Virus record (IMG/VR): IMGVR_UViG_3300042901_000001
Coordinates: 1-25,487 of that record
From: a virus
Taxonomy: Duplodnaviria; Caudoviricetes
Strand: one strand, 5' to 3'
DNA: 25,487 nucleotides
Shown here: positions 18,124-25,123 of the stretch, piece after piece
Position numbering within the stretch: position 1 is the stretch's first letter
Layout: the number at the start of each line of letters is the position of its first letter
Notes under the pieces: model-generated
Database searches by the model: none
What the model saw: only the letters and a program-made list of their open reading frames with translations
What the model was told of the DNA's origin: nothing
Program-made: the position numbers and the translations under genes

Positions 18124-20271
18124 TTACATCATTGGTTGGGGCTGTTGAGGCACTTGGCTCATTGCAGCTTGTTGACGGATTAATTCTCGGTCTTTATTCA
18201 TTGCGGCTTCTATTTCCGCACTTTGAATTTGTACACCATATTTCAATTCTAGCTCATATCTACGCAAAATACCATCTTGTTCAATACGATCTCGCTCACG
18301 ATCATCCATTAATATCATTTTTTCACGATCTAATTGCAATTCTGCGGCTTTCTTTTGAATATCTGCTTGAATAGATTGTGCCTGTACTTGAGCCAACATC
18401 TCCTCTGGAGTCAGCTTTGGCTCTGGAGGTGGTGGCAATTGGAAGTCAACAGGTAATTGGTTAAAGTAATTCTGTGAATCTTTAATACCCGCCAACTGCA
18501 ACATCTTAGTTAATGTGTTTGTATACTGTGGTAGAGAAACAACAGGGTTATTAACACCAGTTTCTTTAATCAGCATTTCCTGACGCAGTGCAACTTGATT
18601 CAAGATATTAATTCTGTCTTCAAGAGTGCCATCACCTACCCCAACATTAACAATGACATCCATATTGGCATCCCAAGAACGTGGGTCAATAGGTACGAAT
18701 GTATTACGCAAACGAATCATTCGGGCTTTATCTTGGTTCTCAATAACGAGTTTCAAGATACCAGTAAACAATTTACGCAAACCAGTTTCAGCAAAGATAC
18801 GGGCAATCATCTCAATGTGCTGATGGGCGGCATTAACTGTTGCAGATACTGCGGCTTTGGTAGTGCTTTGCAATGCGTCTGCATCTAGCCCTGCTGCGGC
18901 TTTAGAAATGCCTGTACGGGTCTGTTTAATGTCATCCAAGTAGTCAAGCATTGGGAATGCTGCCTGACCAACAAATGGAGTTGTAAAGGGTTGCACCATG
19001 CCTGGCGCTCTCATGCGAATTACAGCACCAACTTCTGTATTAAGCACATCTTCCATGTTGGCCTGTCCTTCAACGATGGCTGTGCGTGGATGGATGGACT
19101 GAGCCAAAGAATCTAGTATGCCACGTTGTACATTTGACTTGATGCGCTGAATATCCATGACCACATCAGCAGGACACATACCAAAAAAGGTATGGGGTTC
19201 TGGGTCTGGGCAGAAGGCGGCAAACTGTCTGTCATCAACAATTTCGTTTCGCAGAACTTTATTGCCAGTACCTACTGTGCAAATTCTACGCATCTCAGCA
19301 ATGCCATCGCCATCAAAGTCTACCTTTAAGTAGCCTTCAATGTACAGAACACTCTTGCTAGATGGATCACCATTGTTTGCAGTGCTGATAACGGCAAATG
19401 GGTTACGGGCTATGTACTCTTCGTTGTTGTCAAAGTCATTCCCATTACCTGCAACCTCAACCATTTCATCATAGTCATAACCCATTGCGACTAGATCGGA
19501 AACAGTCTTCATTGTGCGGTGGCCAACAAAGGTAGCCTCTTCAACCGACTTTGCTCTGCGGTCAATTAAAAACTCTTCTGGGGGTAGAGCTTCAATCTTT
19601 ACCTTGCCTGATTTGATTCTGCGCTTGATCTCCACATCGTACATCATGGGTGGTGGAGTCATAATGCCTTGAGCATCATTCATTGGCTGAGTGCCAGGTA
19701 CTGGATACTCACGCACCGCAGAAATCTCAATGTCTGGGTCTTGAGTTAAGAACATCATTGTCTGCTCATCAAGCATAGAGAATGATTCTGCTTTAACTTC
19801 TACAGACTCATCCCACCAATACTTCACGATACCAACTTTGCGTACCAAAGCATCTTTGAATGCCGAGTGAAGAATCTTAAAGCCTTGGTTATCACGCTTG
19901 AAAATAAAGTCCACATAGTCTGTAGCTTGTTCAGCAGACTGTACATCTTCTGGTCCTTGGGGGGCAAACTCAACCACACGCTCTGGACCAAAGAAAATAC
20001 GCATCAGGCTTGGCAATATGCCTTGCACAGTATCACGTACATCCATTGATACTACTTGTGAACGGCCTTCTTCTTCATCACCAAAGGGTTGGCCATAATA
20101 GTATTCAGTAGCCAACGCACGATTGCCACCAATGTCATCATCTATGAAAGAAATGGCATCATTAATTTCAGCAGAGATAACGCCTTGAAGTTGCTCTTCT
20201 GACATTACCTCATCACCCTGCATCTCACCCTGCAAGGTTTCAGCCATCAACATTGGGTTTTCTTGTTTCAT
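18124..20271 (-). CDS. portal protein (P22/SU10-like with C-terminal coiled-coil barrel)
   Basis: 715 aa with EYYYG..GRSQVVS.DVRDTV..ILPSLMRIF, PPEEFLI and RTGIS motifs; Q-rich C-terminal helix. Confidence 0.9.
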   Translation of the reverse strand: MKQENPMLMAETLQGEMQGDEVMSEEQLQGVISAEINDAISFIDDDIGGNRALATEYYYGQPFGDEEEGRSQVVSMDVRDTVQGILPSLMRIFFGPERVVEFAPQGPEDVQSAEQATDYVDFIFKRDNQGFKILHSAFKDALVRKVGIVKYWWDESVEVKAESFSMLDEQTMMFLTQDPDIEISAVREYPVPGTQPMNDAQGIMTPPPMMYDVEIKRRIKSGKVKIEALPPEEFLIDRRAKSVEEATFVGHRTMKTVSDLVAMGYDYDEMVEVAGNGNDFDNNEEYIARNPFAVISTANNGDPSSKSVLYIEGYLKVDFDGDGIAEMRRICTVGTGNKVLRNEIVDDRQFAAFCPDPEPHTFFGMCPADVVMDIQRIKSNVQRGILDSLAQSIHPRTAIVEGQANMEDVLNTEVGAVIRMRAPGMVQPFTTPFVGQAAFPMLDYLDDIKQTRTGISKAAAGLDADALQSTTKAAVSATVNAAHQHIEMIARIFAETGLRKLFTGILKLVIENQDKARMIRLRNTFVPIDPRSWDANMDVIVNVGVGDGTLEDRINILNQVALRQEMLIKETGVNNPVVSLPQYTNTLTKMLQLAGIKDSQNYFNQLPVDFQLPPPPEPKLTPEEMLAQVQAQSIQADIQKKAAELQLDREKMILMDDRERDRIEQDGILRRYELELKYGVQIQSAEIEAAMNKDRELIRQQAAMSQVPQQPQPMM

Positions 20272-20280
20272 TTTTATTCC

Positions 20281-20688
20281 TTATCGTGAGCCAATGTAGG
20301 GAAGAAGTCCCTGTGATGCACCACCATAACTTTGGAGTAGTGATGGGATGCCACCCATGTAGTTATTAGCCATACCGCCACCACCCATACGCATTTGAGG
20401 AGCAGACATCATTTGCTCATCTTGTTGACCTTGGGGGCTAAATGCATATTTATATGCGCCTGACAACATATCGCCAGATGTAGAGTTGGGATTAATAAAT
20501 GTATTAAAAGCATTCATAGAAGGGGCAATAGCTTGATTTCCCATCCCACCAATGGTGCTTCCTAATCCTTCCATAGCAGTAGGTGGAGCCATGCCACCAG
20601 AGGCTACTGCTTCAGACATACCACTACCAGCAACTGCTTCAGTAGCAGCAGGTAAAAACGATTCCATTAGTGCAGCTAGGAAATTCAT
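20281..20688 (-). CDS. Met/Gly/Ser-rich hypothetical protein, possibly capsid-internal
   Basis: 135 aa of low complexity, ending SLLQ..GLLPYIGSR; ATGA-coupled to the upstream gene. Confidence 0.65.
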   Translation of the reverse strand: MNFLAALMESFLPAATEAVAGSGMSEAVASGGMAPPTAMEGLGSTIGGMGNQAIAPSMNAFNTFINPNSTSGDMLSGAYKYAFSPQGQQDEQMMSAPQMRMGGGGMANNYMGGIPSLLQSYGGASQGLLPYIGSR

Positions 20689-21122
20689 TGCTCTTCCTCC
20701 ATGTCGTATTCTGTCTTGGCCATCATCAACATATTTTGCTGATTCTTGGTCATCTTCTTAGTGATAGGGCCACCAGATAGCCATGCTGAACAGGTACGCT
20801 CACCTGCACACTTAAAGTCAAACAACTCGCAATAACCAAGATTTGCCGCACCCTGTACGTCTTTGGCATAGCCATCAGTCTCTTCATCTATACCTTTTAA
20901 GATGCAGTCAAGCATCTCAGGGGTTTGTATAAAGGCAGCGCAATTACCACAACGCATCTCTTGGACTTCATCAATAGATACTGACCACATATCAGCAAGG
21001 TTCTGCCAGTACTCTTCGTTATCTTCTTCTGGGTTGGCAGGACCATAGTCAACATTCTTGATCGCCCAATTACGATTCTTTAAGTTGAACTTAATGTCAT
21101 AGGTAGCGGTTGGGCAGTTCAT
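20685..21122 (-). CDS. Cys-rich metal-binding protein with HiPIP-like CxxC...GxCxxF...CxxW pattern (start probably MNCP)
   Basis: RCGNCAAF...GYCELFDFKCAGERTCSAW; the ATG at 21122 lies just after the upstream stop. Confidence 0.7.
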   Translation of the reverse strand: MNCPTATYDIKFNLKNRNWAIKNVDYGPANPEEDNEEYWQNLADMWSVSIDEVQEMRCGNCAAFIQTPEMLDCILKGIDEETDGYAKDVQGAANLGYCELFDFKCAGERTCSAWLSGGPITKKMTKNQQNMLMMAKTEYDMEEEQ

Positions 21123-21124
21123 AG

Positions 21125-21376
21125 TTACCATTTAACCTTGTTTGCCCAGAATGCTGCACTCATCTTGCCTTTGGCAATATTCTGAGCATGACGGGCTTTA
21201 AATGCTTCGTTTCTTTTAGATCCATCAGGACTACCAGAAACACCTTGTTGGCCAAAGCGAATTAACTTTACTTCGTCACCAGACTTAGCCAATACAGCAT
21301 GGCTTTTCTTTGGGTGGTTAGGAGTTTTCTTTGGCTTGTTGTAGCCAGAGAACTCTTCTGAACCACGCTTAATCAT
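21125..21376 (-). CDS. small basic conserved phage protein (IRFGQQG...FKARH...SAAFWANKVKW)
   Basis: 83 aa, Lys-rich; recognisable viral motif; ATGA-coupled. Confidence 0.8.
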   Translation of the reverse strand: MIKRGSEEFSGYNKPKKTPNHPKKSHAVLAKSGDEVKLIRFGQQGVSGSPDGSKRNEAFKARHAQNIAKGKMSAAFWANKVKW

Positions 21377-21519
21377 TTCTTTTTAGCAGTCTTAGCCGCT
21401 TGCTTAAACGCTTTATCAGTAGGCGCACCCTTCGAGCCAGGCTTTCGCATCTTTTCTTTAGAGCCAGCTTTAATTCGTTCTTGTTTGGCATTAATGTTGG
21501 CATAAAGTCCAGCTCTCAT
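21373..21519 (-). CDS. small basic protein, 48 aa (MRAGLYANINAKQERIKAGSKEKMRKPGSKGAPTDKAFKQAAKTAKKK)
   Basis: Hand-translated, missing from the ORF track. ATGA overlaps at both ends; the GLYANI..K..RI..GS.EKMRKPGSKGAPT motif recurs in aquatic phages. Confidence 0.85.
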   Translation of the reverse strand: MRAGLYANINAKQERIKAGSKEKMRKPGSKGAPTDKAFKQAAKTAKKK

Positions 21520-21701
21520 TTCTTGCTCCGATTGGTTGCAGTTCTACCGCCACGCTTGGGCATTGCACGAGACTCGCTCATTGCGATAGCGACAGCTTGG
21601 TCACGGGATTTAACCTTGTCACCAGAGGAAGACTTGAGCTTGCCTCGCTTGTATTCGCCCATTACCTTGCCAATCTTTTTGGCTGCTTCATCCATTTTCA
21701 T
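21516..21701 (-). CDS. small basic protein (DUF6496-like: KVMGEYKRGKLKSSSG..V.SR.QAVAIAMSE)
   Basis: 61 aa with SD AGGAG upstream. Confidence 0.8.
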   Translation of the reverse strand: MKMDEAAKKIGKVMGEYKRGKLKSSSGDKVKSRDQAVAIAMSESRAMPKRGGRTATNRSKK

Positions 21702-21725
21702 AGGAATCTCCTAAAAGGTTTGTCA

Positions 21726-21734
21726 ATACTACCA
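21726..21734 (-). promoter_or_regulatory. putative extended -10 promoter (TGGTAGTAT) for the head operon
   Basis: TGn-TAnnnT motif just downstream of the terL terminator, about 25 nt before the next ATG. Confidence 0.45.
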
Positions 21735-21746
21735 TATTGTGCTAAT

Positions 21747-21778
21747 AAAAAAAAGAGCTACTTTTTGAGGGTAGCTCT
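21747..21778 (-). terminator. intrinsic terminator after terL
   Basis: Minus strand AGAGCTAC-9 nt-GTAGCTCT followed by T7. Confidence 0.75.
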
Positions 21779-21794
21779 AAAATGGCAACGGCAA

Positions 21795-23192
21795 TCAGAC
21801 CAAGCCTCGGATCAACCTTTTAATCGGTTTACCCCAAGATAGATTAGATCCCCATGAGATGGTGGCGGCATCTGAGGCAAATGTCAAGACAAAAGCATCA
21901 GCCATGTCGGGAGATTTCAATCCTCTTCTACGAATATCATCTTTTGACTCAATCTTTATCTTGCCGTTAGATGTAAAGGTGTACCTTACAGTGGCCAGTT
22001 CAGCAATGAAATCTTCGTTGTTTGGTATCTTGCAGTCCCTTTTCTCAAGCCAAGCCTTGGTTTTATGCCAGAGTTCTGCTCTCAGGTTTAAATACGTCCC
22101 ACCCATAGCGGGGCTTTCGGACACGTTAATCCCCCGACAAGGTAACTTTAGTTCTCTTAGTCTGTCAACAACACCAGCACCGAGTCCGATAGAGTCAACC
22201 AGAATCTCTGTGGGTCTACTCTTGTGGTCACAAGCTTCGTATTGGGCGACTACTGCACCTGTTAACTGCATCAGATCCAAGTTCCTCCACCTCTCAAGAG
22301 TGTGTACAACATTAGACTGACGTTTACATAGAACTGAAGAATCGGAGCCAAAACGAGCCACATCGAGTCCCCAAATGATCGGAGCGTCTTCATAAGCTCT
22401 TGTATCCCTGTGTTTAGCAGACTCAAGCAACTCCATAGGAATAATCGTGTCATCATCGCTCCTTGGAAACTCACCCAGAACCCTGATCCGATAGGCGTTA
22501 CTTTCCTCGCCATAGCGGGATTTCATGTCTTCTACGTACTCTTTACTGACCCTAGTAGAGTCAATACAGGATACTCTCTTAGTCCACCACTCATCTTTTA
22601 GCCGATTATGGGTATCAAAGAAGAAACCAGAACTACGTACTGGATTCCCAAGCAGGATGGTTAGAGCGTTATGGCCTGACATAGAACCTGCGGCAGCCTC
22701 GAATACTGCCTCTGGGACACCAGAAGCCTCATCCGCTACTAGCATGACGTTCTCAGAGTGGACACCTTGTAGGGCTTCGGGTTGTTCAGCACGAGATGTT
22801 CGGGCAGAGATAAACGCCTCGGTAGCGGAAGCCTTGAGTTCTATCCTCTCTTGTTTGACATCAAGCAAGTCTTGGATAGGTTTGGGTAGTTCTTTAACCC
22901 ACCTCTTTAGCTCGGCAAACAAAGCGTCATACAGTTGGGCAGAAGTAGGGGCAGTAACTACGACCTTAACTGGATACCTGGTCAACAGGAACCATAGCAT
23001 TGCCCAAGAAGCTGTTGTGGATTTACCAACCCCGTGGCCAGACCTGATTGAAATCTTGCGTTCACCAGAGGCTACAGCATTAAGGAAGTCTTGTTGCCAA
23101 TCATCAGGCTCTACTCCTAAGACCTCTTTGACAAACAGATTGGGGTCATTCCTGTACAGGGTGATGAACTGGATAAACGGGTTATTAGCCAT
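21795..23192 (-). CDS. terL: terminase large subunit
   Basis: Walker A SGHGVGKS, Walker B LVADEASG, motif III LGNP, RNase H nuclease GLDVARFGSD and SPDMADA. Confidence 0.95.
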   Translation of the reverse strand: MANNPFIQFITLYRNDPNLFVKEVLGVEPDDWQQDFLNAVASGERKISIRSGHGVGKSTTASWAMLWFLLTRYPVKVVVTAPTSAQLYDALFAELKRWVKELPKPIQDLLDVKQERIELKASATEAFISARTSRAEQPEALQGVHSENVMLVADEASGVPEAVFEAAAGSMSGHNALTILLGNPVRSSGFFFDTHNRLKDEWWTKRVSCIDSTRVSKEYVEDMKSRYGEESNAYRIRVLGEFPRSDDDTIIPMELLESAKHRDTRAYEDAPIIWGLDVARFGSDSSVLCKRQSNVVHTLERWRNLDLMQLTGAVVAQYEACDHKSRPTEILVDSIGLGAGVVDRLRELKLPCRGINVSESPAMGGTYLNLRAELWHKTKAWLEKRDCKIPNNEDFIAELATVRYTFTSNGKIKIESKDDIRRRGLKSPDMADAFVLTFASDAATISWGSNLSWGKPIKRLIRGLV

Positions 23193-23631
23193 TGTTTTCC
23201 AAGGTTACCACTTCAGCCTTACCCATGTGCTTTAAAGCTTGGAGATGTAGATCACCCAAAGAGATATTGACTTGGGTCTTGGCAGTGTCTCCATAGTTCT
23301 CAGGGTCAAGCTTAGATGCCATCCACTTACGGGTGTCTACTTGGAGTCTGGCTTTGTTAACTCCACTGTTAGAAGTCTCATCAGCCTCATCCGCAATCTC
23401 TAGAGCCTCTTCTGCCAGTTTCTCAGCCTTTAGCTTACGTGCAGCGAGTACCGCATCTCTACGCTCATCAGTATGGTTTATCCAGAAAGAAAGCATGGGC
23501 CTAGAACACTCTATGAACTCTGCCAAGCGTCCAATGGTCATTCCTTGGCTAATGTGGGCAGTGACGAACTCTATCCCTCCTAGTTCCTCTATCTTCTTCT
23601 CCAACGCTCTCCTCATAGGAAATCCAGCCAT
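23185..23631 (-). CDS. terS: terminase small subunit (Sf6 gp1-like)
   Basis: N-terminal HTH-like region, EIADE..ARLQVDTRKWMASKLDPENYGD motif; overlaps the terL start. Confidence 0.85.
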   Translation of the reverse strand: MAGFPMRRALEKKIEELGGIEFVTAHISQGMTIGRLAEFIECSRPMLSFWINHTDERRDAVLAARKLKAEKLAEEALEIADEADETSNSGVNKARLQVDTRKWMASKLDPENYGDTAKTQVNISLGDLHLQALKHMGKAEVVTLENNG

Positions 23632-23663
23632 ATCTTCTCCTTGATTTAATGGTTACAAAATCA

Positions 23664-23672
23664 AGTATATCA
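23664..23672 (-). promoter_or_regulatory. putative extended -10 promoter (TGATATACT) for terS/terL
   Basis: TGn-TATACT in the 46-bp intergenic gap, followed by a TTGATTT/AAATCAA hairpin and SD AAGGAG. Confidence 0.5.
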
Positions 23673-23677
23673 TTTGA

Positions 23678-24391
23678 TTATCTAGTTCTTTTGTTTGGAT
23701 TTTTTCTAGCATCTCTTGTTGCCAGGTCTAGCAGAATCTGACGCTCAGTAGCTAATGTGGCATTTAAGTGTGCTGGTGGTTTATATGGGTCATACTGAAC
23801 TAGTGGGTTTCTATTTGCAACAGCACCCATAGCCCAAGCTGGTAACTCGCCAACTGAAGACCTATATTCCTCATTTCTAGCAGTCCACTCAGGATTTAAC
23901 TTATTAGCCAATGCACCTTCGCCAAAAGCATTTCTACCTCTTTTTGATGGGTCATAGCTAAGTTTTCTATATGCGTCTAAAAACTGCTGCTTTGCTTCTG
24001 GATCAGCAATATCTTTCTGCCTTATTTGACTATCCATTTCTTTTTGAGTTGCATGGGTTAATTCATGAGTCAAAGTTGGAATAGCATTTGTTGGGTCATA
24101 TCCCCTTCTTACAAACGCATCACTTAAATTAACTTTGCCAGTTACTGGAGTATCACTACTACTAAAAATACCACGCTGCACAAATTGACCAGAAGAGCCT
24201 TCAGGCATATAACCAAATGAAATAGGCGGCATAGCATTACGAGACTGCAAATACTCAGCCAATGCTGCGTACTCTGGCCTCTCAGATGCCAACTGCATCA
24301 AGTATTGAACAGGGTTCTTACTCTCAGCCAAACTACTTGGCCTAGTTTCTCCCTGCCCCGTGAAGTAACCTAGCAATCCCTTTTCAGCCAT
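23678..24391 (-). CDS. zincin-like metallopeptidase (HExxH) protein, polyvalent-protein MPTase-like
   Basis: TLTHELTHATQ preceded by G-x-F and V-x-L strands, downstream YRSSVGELPAW (possible third-ligand Glu); SD GGAG. Confidence 0.7.
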   Translation of the reverse strand: MAEKGLLGYFTGQGETRPSSLAESKNPVQYLMQLASERPEYAALAEYLQSRNAMPPISFGYMPEGSSGQFVQRGIFSSSDTPVTGKVNLSDAFVRRGYDPTNAIPTLTHELTHATQKEMDSQIRQKDIADPEAKQQFLDAYRKLSYDPSKRGRNAFGEGALANKLNPEWTARNEEYRSSVGELPAWAMGAVANRNPLVQYDPYKPPAHLNATLATERQILLDLATRDARKNPNKRTR

Positions 24392-24423
24392 AAATACTCC
24401 AAAAATTTTTTTGACTATGCCTC

Positions 24424-24432
24424 ATTATCGCA
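24424..24432 (-). promoter_or_regulatory. putative extended -10 promoter (TGCGATAAT) at the start of the late module
   Basis: TGn-GATAAT about 30 nt upstream of the ATG at 24391. Confidence 0.4.
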
Positions 24433-24471
24433 AATATGTGTAGGGGGGTCTATCTTTTTAATGCTATGTCA

Positions 24472-24505
24472 ATGTGTGTTTATGTAGATCCATGTGTGTT
24501 TATGT
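24472..24505. repeat. 14-bp direct repeat ATGTGTGTTTATGT x2 (20-bp period)
   Basis: Copies at 24472-24485 and 24492-24505. Confidence 0.85.
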
Positions 24506-24543
24506 CCCCTGTTACTGCACCCCATCCGATTTACACAAGGGGG

Positions 24544-24630
24544 GGGTAAACCCTTACTGGTAAACCCTACCCTTACGTACTAACCCTAATAGGGTAAACC
24601 CCTAGGTAGAAACCCTAATAGGGTAAACCC
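24544..24630. repeat. cluster of GGTAAACCC quasi-palindromes, including a 20-bp direct repeat AACCCTAATAGGGTAAACCC x2
   Basis: GG(G)TAAACCC at 24544, 24559, 24592 and 24621; 20-mers at 24582-24601 and 24611-24630; preceded by a G8 run. Confidence 0.9.
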
Positions 24631-24650
24631 TACTGTGATTCCATACAGTG
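24631..24650. promoter_or_regulatory. LexA (SOS) box, beta/gammaproteobacterial type
   Basis: TACTGT-GATTCCAT-ACAGTG is a perfect CTGT-N8-ACAG with the TA flank of the E. coli consensus. Confidence 0.7.
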
Positions 24651-24655
24651 CCTGG

Positions 24656-24682
24656 TGCAAATGAGAATGATTCGCATTCGCA
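24656..24682. promoter_or_regulatory. Fur box
   Basis: TGCAAATGAGAAT-G-ATTCGCATTCGCA is a 13-1-13 inverted repeat with 2 mismatches; its core TGAGAATnATTCGCA matches the 7-1-7 TGATAATnATTATCA Fur consensus. Confidence 0.72.
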
Positions 24683-24966
24683 TCTCGTCTCATGTGTGCA
24701 AGGGGATAGAGTGTAAGAGTGTCTAAAGGGTTTCTCTATCAATGTTTTAAATGTAGGTCTGTCAATGCTTGTCTTATCCGTTCCCCTTATGTTCCTTATG
24801 TATTCCCCTTACCTATCCCTTATTACATTAGAAGCCCTTGTGCTGGGTTATCCCTTTATTTTCTTTTCTAATTGTAGCTACAGAATCAAAGCATCTAAGG
24901 GTTATCCCTTAAGGGTTTAAAGTTGTTCAACATAGGGTTTGTACCTATACTTTTCTTTTCTTTTGT

Positions 24967-24998
24967 TGTTACTATAAATGCACGTTCAATCGGAACGT
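24967..24998 (+). promoter_or_regulatory. putative early promoter (extended -10 TGTTACTAT) followed by 5' leader hairpin ACGTTC-aatcg-GAACGT
   Basis: Motif upstream of the first plus-strand gene with a T-rich upstream region; SD-like AGGTG before the ATG at 25019. Confidence 0.5.
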
Positions 24999-25018
24999 AT
25001 CCATTAATAGGTGTCAAC

Positions 25019-25114
25019 ATGAAATCAATTATCTTTCAATCACTTTGTGGGCTTGCATTGTTTTGCGGCTTGCTGGCTTTGATGCTGGCTTACTTTGACG
25101 TTTTGGTTAAGTAA
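25019..25114 (+). CDS. small single-TM early protein, 31 aa (MKSIIFQSLCGLALFCGLLALMLAYFDVLVK)
   Basis: Internal ATG of the 63-aa ORF, preceded by SD-like AGGTG and lying downstream of the promoter motif. Confidence 0.65.
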   Translation: MKSIIFQSLCGLALFCGLLALMLAYFDVLVK

Positions 25115-25123
25115 GGGCGCATC

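Noticed and set aside
22525-23235. 236-aa plus-strand ORF, and the other plus-strand ORFs between 142 and 23644
   Set aside because: Antisense shadows of well-supported minus-strand genes; Ser-rich, with no motifs or expression signals.
24544-24630. CRISPR array or eukaryotic telomere (TTAGGG-like on minus strand)
   Set aside because: Only two 20-bp copies with a 9-bp spacer and no cas genes; the hexamers are not tandem and belong to palindromes.
24923-25018. N-terminal extension of the 63-aa ORF
   Set aside because: Overlaps the promoter and T-rich region and begins at a non-ATG codon; the ATG at 25019 has the SD.
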